From Candidatus Atribacteria bacterium (GTDB lineage: Bacteria > Atribacterota > Phoenicimicrobiia > Phoenicimicrobiales > Stramentimicrobiaceae): DNA of 35,427 bases. Location: contig JAFGSC010000320.1 of the NCBI GenBank assembly GCA_016934875.1, forward strand, positions 1 through 35,427, given 5' to 3'. The translations under genes and the position numbers were made by a program. Below the pieces are notes generated by a model that worked only from the letters and a program-made list of their open reading frames with translations, did no database searches and was not told the DNA's origin. Positions within the stretch are counted from its first letter, which is position 1; each line of letters starts with the position of its first letter. Shown in pieces: positions 19,242-28,266 of this stretch.

Positions 19242-19952
19242 TTATAACAACCTATAGTCGTCAAGCATTTCATTGATCTTTTCTGGTTTATTAAACATCA
19301 TTGTGTCTACAATAGATAAGCGAGCTTCAAACTCTGGTCGCCTTTGCGAATATTTTTGGATGTTCATACTTAAAAACTTAATGTCTATCCCGGTTTTATA
19401 AAATTTGCTTCGGTCGTAGAACTCCAATCCACCCTCAGGGTTACAATACTCATCAACATTACCCAATGCCTTGCAAATGTTCAAGGTCCATTCATCTGAT
19501 GCCTTAACTTCATCAATTGATAGATGCATCTCAGAAAAAACATTCACATTCAACTTCACCCCAATATAATCACAGACCTTTTTAAGAGCATGCGCATTCA
19601 GATGAACAATGCTTTCTGTCTCAATATTGAGTGCAGTCTTTAAAACCCCTATTGTATCTCTGTAAAAAGGGGCTCGCTTTTTGTAATGTTCTAATTGGTG
19701 GAAAATAGTATTCCGCCAATCGAGTTCTTTTTTAATAGAAACATCTTTGATTTTGGTGTCTCGGCTGTGCTTTACCAGCGGAACTAAAATATACTGCCAA
19801 CCACTTTCTGGTTTTAGTATTCTGTTTCTACTGACCCATCCGTGCCTAACGAACTGCACAGAATCTAATAAGATAAAACGTTCCGTATGTTTTATTAAAC
19901 TGAAATAACCTAGATATGGGAAGAAGTAAGGTTGCATTATCCCTATCTTCAT
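19242..19952 (-). CDS. WbqC-family protein
   Basis: The MKIGIMQPYFFPYLGYFSLI...FVRHGWVSRNRI signature is present. I place the start at the internal ATG at 19952, which forms an ATGA overlap with the wzx stop (19949-19952 = tcat). Confidence 0.8.
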   Translation of the reverse strand: MKIGIMQPYFFPYLGYFSLIKHTERFILLDSVQFVRHGWVSRNRILKPESGWQYILVPLVKHSRDTKIKDVSIKKELDWRNTIFHQLEHYKKRAPFYRDTIGVLKTALNIETESIVHLNAHALKKVCDYIGVKLNVNVFSEMHLSIDEVKASDEWTLNICKALGNVDEYCNPEGGLEFYDRSKFYKTGIDIKFLSMNIQKYSQRRPEFEARLSIVDTMMFNKPEKINEMLDDYRLL

Positions 19953-21412
19953 AAAGTTACTCCTTTTCTGTTTGTTAAAATATCTTTGCATGTTAATAGT
20001 AAATATGTAAAACATTCAAGTTTAAATATTCTTGCCATCCCAACATATAGAATGATTCCTACAAATCCTTGAACTATCAAAGTCGGCCATTCTGTCATCC
20101 CAAACAACTGAACATTATAAACCGCCGCCCCCATCACCAAGGACAATAACAGCGATGGCGTAATGTCTTTCCATTGCTCTTTGTAACTGTAATTCAATAG
20201 CTTTCCATTCGGAAAAGAATTAATTATAGTTGAAATCAATCCATTGATAATACTCCCTAAAGCAATTGCATACACCCCATAAAATACTGTCACTCCCAAT
20301 ATAGCAAGACCTAATATTTTCTTTATTATCTCTAACTTTAAAAAAATATCACTACGCCCTAAAGCATTAATGGCCTGTAGATTAGCTGTATGTATAGGCC
20401 ACAAGGAATAACTGATACAATAAATCTGCAAGAAAGGAACGCAAGGTATCCACTTCTCGGTCAACAATATTTTGACTAGCGGTTTGGCAATGACAGCTAA
20501 ACCAACCATCATTGGAAATAATATAAAAGAGCTTGTAACGATGGAACGTCGTACCATCTCTTTAACTCTTTGTCTATTATCTTGTTGTGATGCTAAAGCA
20601 GGGAGCATTACTGACTGAATCGACCCATTAATATTCGTTACAATTAGTTCAGGTAACTGTTTGCCTCTATTATAAAAGCCCAGCATCTCTGCATTATAAA
20701 TTTTTCCGATAATAAGACTACTTAAATCCCTGGAAAGTCTATCAATTAATGATGAGACTAATAACTTCCATCCATATGAAAATAGACTTTTTACTCTCTT
20801 AAAAGAAAATAATAATCTCGGTCTCCACTTTACAGTGAACCAAAGGATTGCATTAGTTAACAACTGATTCGTTATTTGCTGTACTACTAAAGCCCATACG
20901 CCAAAACCTGCATATGCCATAACTATACCAACTGTTCCAGATACTACTATTGCACCAAGACTGCTAAAGAACAGCTTCTTAAATTGCATCTTTCGTGCTA
21001 CAATAGCATTCTGGATTGAATTAAAGGCGCCAAAGAACAATGTAACCGATAATACTCTGAGAACTGATATAAGCTGTGGTTCTTCAAAGAAAGCAGCTAT
21101 CAGCGGCGCAGCAAAGAAAAAAATCACATATAGTACACTGGCAACAAATAAACTCAAATAAAATACCGACGAAAAATCAGCTTCATTTGCATCTTTTTTT
21201 TGAATAAGTGCTGTATTGAAACCACTTTGCACAAATACATTTGCAACAATTATAAATATTGTTACAAGCGCTATAATGCCGTAATCTTCCGGTATAAGGA
21301 GACGTGCCAGAACTATTTGAACTATAAATTGTATTCCCTGAGTTCCTCCCCGCTCCATGAGTTTCCAAAAAAGGCTAGATAGGATTTTAGACTTATTGAC
21401 CTCATTACTCAT
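19949..21412 (-). CDS. wzx: Wzx-like oligosaccharide flippase (MOP/polysaccharide biosynthesis protein family)
   Basis: 487 aa with roughly 12-14 predicted TM helices. The N-terminus (SSLFWKLMERGGTQGIQFIVQIVLARLL.PEDYG) is typical of this family. It overlaps the upstream GT2 gene by ATGA. Confidence 0.8.
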   Translation of the reverse strand: MSNEVNKSKILSSLFWKLMERGGTQGIQFIVQIVLARLLIPEDYGIIALVTIFIIVANVFVQSGFNTALIQKKDANEADFSSVFYLSLFVASVLYVIFFFAAPLIAAFFEEPQLISVLRVLSVTLFFGAFNSIQNAIVARKMQFKKLFFSSLGAIVVSGTVGIVMAYAGFGVWALVVQQITNQLLTNAILWFTVKWRPRLLFSFKRVKSLFSYGWKLLVSSLIDRLSRDLSSLIIGKIYNAEMLGFYNRGKQLPELIVTNINGSIQSVMLPALASQQDNRQRVKEMVRRSIVTSSFILFPMMVGLAVIAKPLVKILLTEKWIPCVPFLQIYCISYSLWPIHTANLQAINALGRSDIFLKLEIIKKILGLAILGVTVFYGVYAIALGSIINGLISTIINSFPNGKLLNYSYKEQWKDITPSLLLSLVMGAAVYNVQLFGMTEWPTLIVQGFVGIILYVGMARIFKLECFTYLLLTCKDILTNRKGVTL

Positions 21413-22371
21413 CTACCAAGTTTCCTTTTTATATTAATCAAAACTTTTGCAATTTTTGGATAGTATTGCTTAATAAATATCTTAATTTTTGTTTCTATAT
21501 CTAAGGCTGAATATATCTCTTTAAATTCCCCTTCTTTCGCTTCTTTGAACCTCCCCTGCACTAACATGATTTTAAATCTATTATTCTTAATTTTTTTTTT
21601 AATTGTAATGTCGTACTTATATTCCGCATATCTATTGATTTCATTGAGCATATCCACAATCTTATTAGTATGTACAACACGTCTCTCAATACTTGCGGAT
21701 GACATCATACTTGTCCAAGAACCTTTTATCCCTACTCGATAAGCTGACATAAACTCATCAATATAATATACTGTTCCTTGAAGAGCTAAATATATAACAA
21801 GAGGATAGTCGCCAATCGGCGCATTTTCTTGAAAATCTGGTCTATTTTTGCAAAATACTGCTGGGTATAGTATTGAATTCGTGGCGAAAAGACTGCCGCC
21901 TCCTTCAATTACTTCTTCAGTTGTGAAGATTTTATTACCGCGATTGGGTCGAATATATGGTTTCTTTTTTATTTTTTCTGGAGAGACTCTGTATGCAGCA
22001 TGGACACATATACTACATTCGGGATACTTTTCCATATAATCTACTTGTTTTTGCAACTTATAAGGATCTGTCCAATAATCATCTCCTTCGCAAATAGCTA
22101 TATACTTGCCCTTTGCTCTCTCTCTATTAAAACGTCCTACCTTTACTCCTTTTGAGTATTGGTTTTCTGTTTGATATATTGGTTTTATTAAATCCGGATA
22201 TTTAGATTCATATTGCTTTATAATTTCTGGTGTTCTGTCAGTAGATGCATCATCGTGAATCAGTATCTCATAATTAAAATTGGATTTTTGCATTAAAAAA
22301 CTTTCTATTGCATCTGCTATATAGTTCTCATGATTATATGTCATACAAATAATACTAACCATTATGCCCAT
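21409..22371 (-). CDS. Family 2 glycosyltransferase
   Basis: MVSIICMTYNHENYIADAIESFLMQ...EILIHDDASTDRT is the GT-A/GT2 N-terminal signature. 320 aa. Confidence 0.9.
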   Translation of the reverse strand: MGIMVSIICMTYNHENYIADAIESFLMQKSNFNYEILIHDDASTDRTPEIIKQYESKYPDLIKPIYQTENQYSKGVKVGRFNRERAKGKYIAICEGDDYWTDPYKLQKQVDYMEKYPECSICVHAAYRVSPEKIKKKPYIRPNRGNKIFTTEEVIEGGGSLFATNSILYPAVFCKNRPDFQENAPIGDYPLVIYLALQGTVYYIDEFMSAYRVGIKGSWTSMMSSASIERRVVHTNKIVDMLNEINRYAEYKYDITIKKKIKNNRFKIMLVQGRFKEAKEGEFKEIYSALDIETKIKIFIKQYYPKIAKVLINIKRKLGR

Positions 22372-22413
22372 ATTTCTACATCCCTTTTTCTAATTAAAAG
22401 TATAAAAATATTA

Positions 22414-23361
22414 TTAATTACCATATCTTTGAGATATAATCTCTACCTTAATATATGGCCCATCCTTAAACCTTATGATCTCTTCATTCAATAAGTCATT
22501 ACGAAATTCTACTATTCGCTCCTCTGCAACTTTCGGATTCCATAATTTTTCCATAATTTTAACAGCGCTTGTACTCAATATTGTTCTCAAATCAGCATTC
22601 TGAACTAATATTCCTACCTTACTGTACAAATCATTAATATGGTTATGCTTATGGATAAATTCATTCTTATCATGGTTAATTAAAAAAGGTACAGACCCCC
22701 ATTGCCTGGCTTGCTACTACTGCACAACTACTGTTCATTGACTTGTTAAACACAGCATCCCAGCTTTCCTGTTGATCACTGGTAAACAAATAAATATTTG
22801 CTTTTTCCATATATTCTTCACCTTATTCGTCGATATTGAACCTAAAAATATTTTCCGATATCTAAATCCAGACTATTAATCATGTTTTGTATTTTCTCGT
22901 CTATAGGACCACCTCCAATGAAATCAAGTATACAATTAAAAACCGCTTTCTTTTAAGTTTTTCATAACCAAAACAGCTTTTTCAGCATGCTTCAAATCAA
23001 GAAATCTTCCACACCACAAAAGGGTGATAGACTTTTGGTTTTTGTTCTCACATAATTCTTTAACGTCATATTTCTTTACTTCAGGAAAATATCCTCACTT
23101 ATATGTTTTGTTTGGGTATGCACCTATAAGTGATAAATTTCTTGCCCTATAAGCGCTTGCACATAACATATATAGGTTTTTTCCTGTAACGAGTATGATA
23201 TTTAAATATTGATTCGATCAATCTCTGGTTCATCCATCTCCATGCACCCTTTTTAAGAAAACTTTCGAATATTCGAAAGTTAGTTATTTAATAATGTTTT
23301 GGACGCGTTCTTAAATAGAAATATCTTGTACTGAACCATTAATAACCACATTGCTTTTCAT
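22414..23361 (-). pseudogene. Family 1 (GT4-like) glycosyltransferase, multiply disrupted
   Basis: Reverse frames give MKSNVVINGSVQDISI*, then ..LLWCGRFLDLKHAEKAVLVMKNL.., ..FIGGGPIDEKIQNMI.., ..MEKANIYLFTSDQQESWDAVFNKSMNSSCAVVASQAMG.., ..NHDKNEFIHKHNHINDLYSKVGILVQNADLR... These pieces are colinear with a GT1 C-domain but are interrupted by several stops and frame changes. The total is also shorter than a normal GT1. Confidence 0.65.
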
Positions 23362-24063
23362 ACCCCATTTTAGGCATTGGTTATAGTTATAAGTATATTC
23401 ATTTTTATAAGACCTATTTCACATATGGGTAATGTTCGCTCATTACCTCGTTTTACTTTACTAGTTCTTGTTCCATTGGCTCGGTCGCAACAAATTTCTA
23501 TTCATAGTCATTACCCAATAACTTATACATTTCATTGTAAAAAGATATCTGATGATGATTTTAATAATTTGAATAAAAGGTTATTTTCATATATCCTTTC
23601 TAATAAATATTTTACTATCGATCTACACCTTAAGCGATGGAAACCTCTATCCTACTTATAGAAAGCCCTTCGACTTACTTGCCAAGGGACTTTCTCGTTC
23701 TAACCGACTCCCCAAACAGGAAGATTTTCGCAACTTCTATATGAGTGAAGAAACAATAGATACCCTTCGAAGGTTAGAAGAAATAATTTATATAGAGTCA
23801 CATTAGCACACATTTATCAAATAATAAAGGGGAATATAGCACCTTTTAATCATTTTCTTCAGACTATGTTCCCACTTGATGCCGCCAATTTGTAAAATTT
23901 TGCATCGTCTTCTTTCAGTTTTTTAAATATTCATTCTTATCATCGTAAAGATATATATCATACACATCACAGGAAAAAAATTCATTCTCGCAAGTGTTTG
24001 TATAGATACAGAAAAAGTACTCGTTTGTCCTATTTATGTTATCCCTACTAACAATAAAAGTAC

Positions 24064-25332
24064 CTAGAATGAATATGGATTAAAGGGCTTTAAAAGCATA
24101 TTTTCGCCTTTTTCATCCTCAATTTGAATGATTGTATTGATTTCTTCAATCACTCTTGCCAACTGACTTTTGGTTTCCGCTTTAATAAATATTCTACTTA
24201 TCACCTGATCAAGGGTACCTATTTGAGTTATTGAATCTCCTTCTTCATGATGATAAGCGATATCAAATACTTCTGGGTAAGTAGTGATTTTATCAAAACC
24301 TGTAATTTTCGTTATTTTTCCTCTTTTGCCAATTGAAAAAAGTCTACATGCCCACTGATCAAAGTCAGGCTTATCCAGTTCTTTAATTGGGTATCCTTTC
24401 ATCTCCCCGGTCAGGGCATATCTGATCATCATCTCCACCGTATCTATCCCATTCATTTCCTTGATGATTTTATGAGTTTGACCTAATCCATCTCTGAAGG
24501 CTGTTTCATGAATACACACTCTACCCTGATGTACAAAAGCCTGTATAAAAAGCACACCATTTTTGATGTTCAGTGATGTACATAAGTTAACTACTTTTTG
24601 ATGGTCGGTATTTTTAAAACTGGATAGGTGTTTGGAAGGAAAAATATTCGCTGTGGGAATTGATGGGAATCCTTTTTGTTGTTTATTTGAATATAAATCA
24701 CACATAGTTGATAAGCTCACATAGCCGTCTTGTATCGTATAAAGTATTTGGACCTGTTCCCCAATCATGTATTCCTCAACCAGCACTTTCTTCCTTTTTG
24801 AAAAACCTATGGATTCCAGGTATCTCTCTCGCAGTTCTTCTTCGTTATCACAGACAAAGATTCCTTTGCCTCCTCCCGAATCAACGGGCTTAATCACGAC
24901 AGGATACTGAATGGGAGGCATCTTTACAGGATTATTCCAATCAGTTAGCTCATATTCTTTCACCACTGGCAGTCCGTGTTCAACACAGACTTTTTTGAAC
25001 TTATCCTTGTTGGTCATGATGTCAACCTGTTCTGCGGTGGCATAGAAGGGAAGGTTTAACTTATCACAGACCTGCTGACAGTAGGTCAGCTTGGAATCCA
25101 GATAGGCCATGAACACCCCATCCACCTTTAAGGACTTGGCCAGTTTGACTACGGCGTCCACATCGGTGATACTGACAAGATAGCTTTTATCAGCTATCTG
25201 TTTGGCCGGAGAATCAACCAGGTAATCTGTTACAATCACATGCACACCCAGTTCCTGTGCTCTCTTTACATAATTAATGGTTGGCCTTATCCCTCCCAGC
25301 AATAGCAATTTCTTCCCTCTTAAATCGGTCAT
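24064..25332 (-). CDS. ATP-grasp domain protein, paralogue D
   Basis: Close paralogue of A and C. I place the start at MTDLRGKK (25332), which is colinear with A and C. Motifs: IKPVDSGGGKGI, EEYMIGE, HETAFR. TAG stop. Confidence 0.85.
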   Translation of the reverse strand: MTDLRGKKLLLLGGIRPTINYVKRAQELGVHVIVTDYLVDSPAKQIADKSYLVSITDVDAVVKLAKSLKVDGVFMAYLDSKLTYCQQVCDKLNLPFYATAEQVDIMTNKDKFKKVCVEHGLPVVKEYELTDWNNPVKMPPIQYPVVIKPVDSGGGKGIFVCDNEEELRERYLESIGFSKRKKVLVEEYMIGEQVQILYTIQDGYVSLSTMCDLYSNKQQKGFPSIPTANIFPSKHLSSFKNTDHQKVVNLCTSLNIKNGVLFIQAFVHQGRVCIHETAFRDGLGQTHKIIKEMNGIDTVEMMIRYALTGEMKGYPIKELDKPDFDQWACRLFSIGKRGKITKITGFDKITTYPEVFDIAYHHEEGDSITQIGTLDQVISRIFIKAETKSQLARVIEEINTIIQIEDEKGENMLLKPFNPYSF

Positions 25333-25444
25333 AGGATCTTGCACCTCAATTATTAGTTTTTATTTTCATAAATACCATGTTGTTGCCCATAAAGGCTAAA
25401 TGCTTTCACAATATCGTTTATCATAACGAAATTGAGTTAACCAC

Positions 25445-25463
25445 CCACCCGCATAGCGGGTGG
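25445..25463. other. GC-rich 8-bp hairpin (ccacccgc-ata-gcgggtgg)
   Basis: A perfect 8-bp stem with a 3-nt loop, conspicuous in AT-rich surroundings. It lies about 30 nt downstream of the tnpA relic stop, where an IS200/IS605 subterminal hairpin would sit. Confidence 0.5.
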
Positions 25464-25490
25464 CTTTAAGCGGTCTCTAAAGAGGCCAAA

Positions 25491-25700
25491 TTATTCTTCC
25501 TGGTCTATTTCTTCTTGTTTTTCCCTATCTTCCTGGTATTTTACATACTTTCTGATATTATTCTCATCCAGACCGATGGTGCTGATGCAATAGCTTCTAA
25601 TCTAGAAGTGGTTCCCCATTGACATAATATCCTAAGGTTAGACCAATTCAGCAGAACACCTTTTAGTATCAGTTACCTGTAGGCGGGACAGAATATGAAA
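25491..25700 (-). mobile_element. IS200/IS605-family tnpA (Y1 transposase) 3'-terminal relic
   Basis: The reverse frame gives ..GNHF*IRSYCISTIGLDENNIRKYVKYQEDREKQEEIDQEE* (stop at 25491-25493). This matches the conserved C-terminus of IS200 TnpA (..FW.RGYCVSTVGLDEE.IRKYV..QE..), with a TAG where the Trp should be. The N-terminal two-thirds of the gene is absent. Confidence 0.6.
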
Positions 25701-25875
25701 CAATATTTTCACTGATAGATGGTATGTGAAAATGTATGGAATCAATTTACTCATTTGATCATATTTTATCATATTATATCAATTGTCCCATAGTAAAACT
25801 AATTAATCTTTCCTACTACCTTCTAAAAAGATAAGGCTCTAGGGCTAACTAAAAATAAGGATTCCAAGCATCTAG

Positions 25876-27165
25876 TTAATCAAATAACAGATTCGGTAAA
25901 AATAATACAATATTTGGAAATAATGTTATTGTAATTAAAGCTAAAATCGTTACTATTACAAACGGAATTAATTCTATTGAAAGCTCATAAATATCTACTT
26001 TGGAAATACTACTGATTGCAAATAACCCTATTCCAAATGGTGGGGTTAGCAACCCTATCATAGAAGCTAAAACAAACATAACACCGAAATGGACAGGATC
26101 TATTCCCATAGATAAAAATAAAGGTGTAACCAACGGCGTTAACATAATAATTATCGCAGTAGCTGAAATGAAACAACCCAGAAATAACACAATCAAATTA
26201 AAAAGTAATAAAAATTGTACTTTACTTATATTTAAATAAATAATGAATTCAAGAATTCTGTGCGGAACCCTCTCCCAAGTAAAAATCCATCCAAAAGCAG
26301 CTGCAAATGCACATATCAACAAAATCCTTGATGCAGTAACCGTAGTTTCCTTAAAACAAAGAAAAACCTCATTAGCACAATTAATAGAACGGTAGACAAA
26401 TATTGCTATTAATGTTGCATATACTGATGCAATTACCGCTGCTTCGGTTGGTGTTACAAATCCAATTATAATACCTCCCAACACGATTATTGGAGTAAGT
26501 AAAGCTGGAAAAGCATTTTTAAAACCTATTAACAATTTTTTCCATTCGAACTTACTTTCTTCTATTGGGTAATTTCTCCTTTTAGAAATAATATAAACTA
26601 TCACCATTTGATATGCTGCTATTGTTAATCCTGGAATTACTCCACCAACAAGTAATCTCGAAATTGATGCTCCTGCTAAATAACCGTAGATAATCAACGG
26701 AACACTTGGTGGTATAATAGGACCAATTGTTGCAGAAGCAGCAGTAACAGCCGCACTAAATTTTCTATCATAGCCAGCATTTAGCATGGCTCTAATCTCT
26801 ATTTCCCCCAGTCCCATTATATCTGCAAGCATTGAACCAGACATTCCCGCAAAAATTACACTGGCAATTATATTAACATAACCTAATCCTCCTTTAACTC
26901 TCCCAATAATTATTCTAGCAAAGTTAAATATTTTATCAGTTATTTTCCCAGTATTCATTATTAATGCCATATATATAAAAAATGGAACCGCAATTAAGAC
27001 AAAAGAATCCAACATCACTACAACCCTTTGTGGCAATACGGCAGGTAAAGTACCTTTTAAAAATAGATAGATTAAAGAGGAACTGAGAAGTACCCAAGCT
27101 ATTGGCATACCTAATATTAAAAAGATTATGAAACTAAGAAATAATAGAATTAGTGGGATTTCCAT
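25876..27165 (-). CDS. dctM: TRAP transporter large permease DctM
   Basis: 429-aa polytopic ORF of typical DctM length and pattern (..IASVIFAGMSGSMLADI.., ..LTPPFGIGLF..). Confidence 0.9.
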   Translation of the reverse strand: MEIPLILLFLSFIIFLILGMPIAWVLLSSSLIYLFLKGTLPAVLPQRVVVMLDSFVLIAVPFFIYMALIMNTGKITDKIFNFARIIIGRVKGGLGYVNIIASVIFAGMSGSMLADIMGLGEIEIRAMLNAGYDRKFSAAVTAASATIGPIIPPSVPLIIYGYLAGASISRLLVGGVIPGLTIAAYQMVIVYIISKRRNYPIEESKFEWKKLLIGFKNAFPALLTPIIVLGGIIIGFVTPTEAAVIASVYATLIAIFVYRSINCANEVFLCFKETTVTASRILLICAFAAAFGWIFTWERVPHRILEFIIYLNISKVQFLLLFNLIVLFLGCFISATAIIIMLTPLVTPLFLSMGIDPVHFGVMFVLASMIGLLTPPFGIGLFAISSISKVDIYELSIELIPFVIVTILALITITLFPNIVLFLPNLLFD

Positions 27166-27715
27166 ATTTACTACTTATCCATATTTAATTTTCTTTTCTT
27201 TTACTATTTTAACAACTAAACACATTCTTTTACAAAGCCAGATAATACTTAAAGAAGGAAGATTCAAGATGCTAACTTGCGTCAAATAATTAATTACTTC
27301 TCATCTGTGGCTTTTTTGTCAGGTCAGTAATTGCACAGTTTCTTAATGTCTCATCTAACATCTTAACAGTCATATATCTTAAGATAATCACATAAATTAA
27401 ATATACTTCTTATTTTCTTATGGGAGTTATATAATCTAAAATGTCTAAATTTCTTCTTGACCTTTCCTTTGTTATACTTTTCAGAATATGGAAATAGAAA
27501 GACTCAATTATATTTATTGAAAATTTATAATCCGTTCAGAATAGTTATTATCTTTCCAAGTAAAGCTATGAAAAAGATAAGAAGTTCATCAGTAATTCTT
27601 TACAACTGACACATAATCTAACATTAAACTATCTCATTCACAGCTTTTATATAATATACACCTTTTCATTTTGCATTCTTTGCCTACCTGTTGCATTGTA
27701 TCTATCCTTGTATAT

Positions 27716-28195
27716 TCAGATTTTCCTTTCTCTCTGGTTTTCGCTCTGCCCTTTAAAAAAATTTAAAATATCTTTAAGATGATACAATAAAATTATTATT
27801 GAACTAAACGGAACAATTAAATAAACTACTGGCCATGGAATTTTCATTACATTTGTATATTGACGTTCTGCAATAAACGCTAAAAGGACTCCATAATATA
27901 TTAATGCAGACAAGGAGAGTACGATTATAATATTTATAATCAAATTAAGTTCTTTATTAACTTTATTAGATAAAAACTTTGTAAAAAAAGTTACCCTCAA
28001 TTGGTTCTTATCTCTGGAATTTATTGTTGCTCCACTTAGAACAATAAATATCAGAATTATCCTCGTTAACTCTTCACTAAATAAAAGAGGCTTATTAAAC
28101 ACATATCTCATTATCACTCCTAAGAATGTAAATATTAACATTATAAAGAAAAATAAAGAGAGAATTGCTTCTGAAATCTTCCATTTGTTACCCAT
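27716..28195 (-). CDS. dctQ: TRAP transporter small permease DctQ
   Basis: 159 aa with four predicted TM segments. It sits immediately downstream of dctP, with a GGAG Shine-Dalgarno about 9 nt upstream. Confidence 0.8.
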   Translation of the reverse strand: MGNKWKISEAILSLFFFIMLIFTFLGVIMRYVFNKPLLFSEELTRIILIFIVLSGATINSRDKNQLRVTFFTKFLSNKVNKELNLIINIIIVLSLSALIYYGVLLAFIAERQYTNVMKIPWPVVYLIVPFSSIIILLYHLKDILNFFKGQSENQRERKI

Positions 28196-28210
28196 AGTAT
28201 TACTCCATAA

Positions 28211-28257
28211 TTATATCTTAAACAGGGAGTACAAACATCTCCCTGTTTAAGATATAA
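28211..28257 (-). promoter_or_regulatory. Intercistronic stem-loop between dctP and dctQ
   Basis: A perfect 17-bp inverted repeat: atatcttaaacagggag (28213-28229) / ctccctgtttaagatat (28239-28255), with a 9-nt loop. Two flanking T:A pairs extend it to 19 bp. In the minus-strand RNA no U-run follows the stem, and the dctQ Shine-Dalgarno follows directly. Confidence 0.7.
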
Positions 28258-28266
28258 GAATCATAA

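Noticed and set aside
21183-21368. A 61-aa minus-strand ORF in an alternative frame inside wzx.
   Set aside because: It is fully embedded out of frame in a strongly supported membrane-protein gene. It is Cys/Asn-rich nonsense with no ribosome-binding site.
23377-23661. A 94-aa plus-strand ORF in the gap between ATP-grasp D and the GT1 relic.
   Set aside because: It has no ribosome-binding site, no motif and odd composition, and it lies in a region of obvious debris.
23640-23815. A plus-strand frame reads GNLYPTYRKPFDLLAKGLSRSNRLPKQEDFRNFYMSEETIDTLRRLEEIIYIESH*, which looks like the C-terminal tail of some protein.
   Set aside because: I cannot assign it to any family from memory. It has no start or upstream continuation. 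It is left as an unassigned relic and needs a BLASTX.
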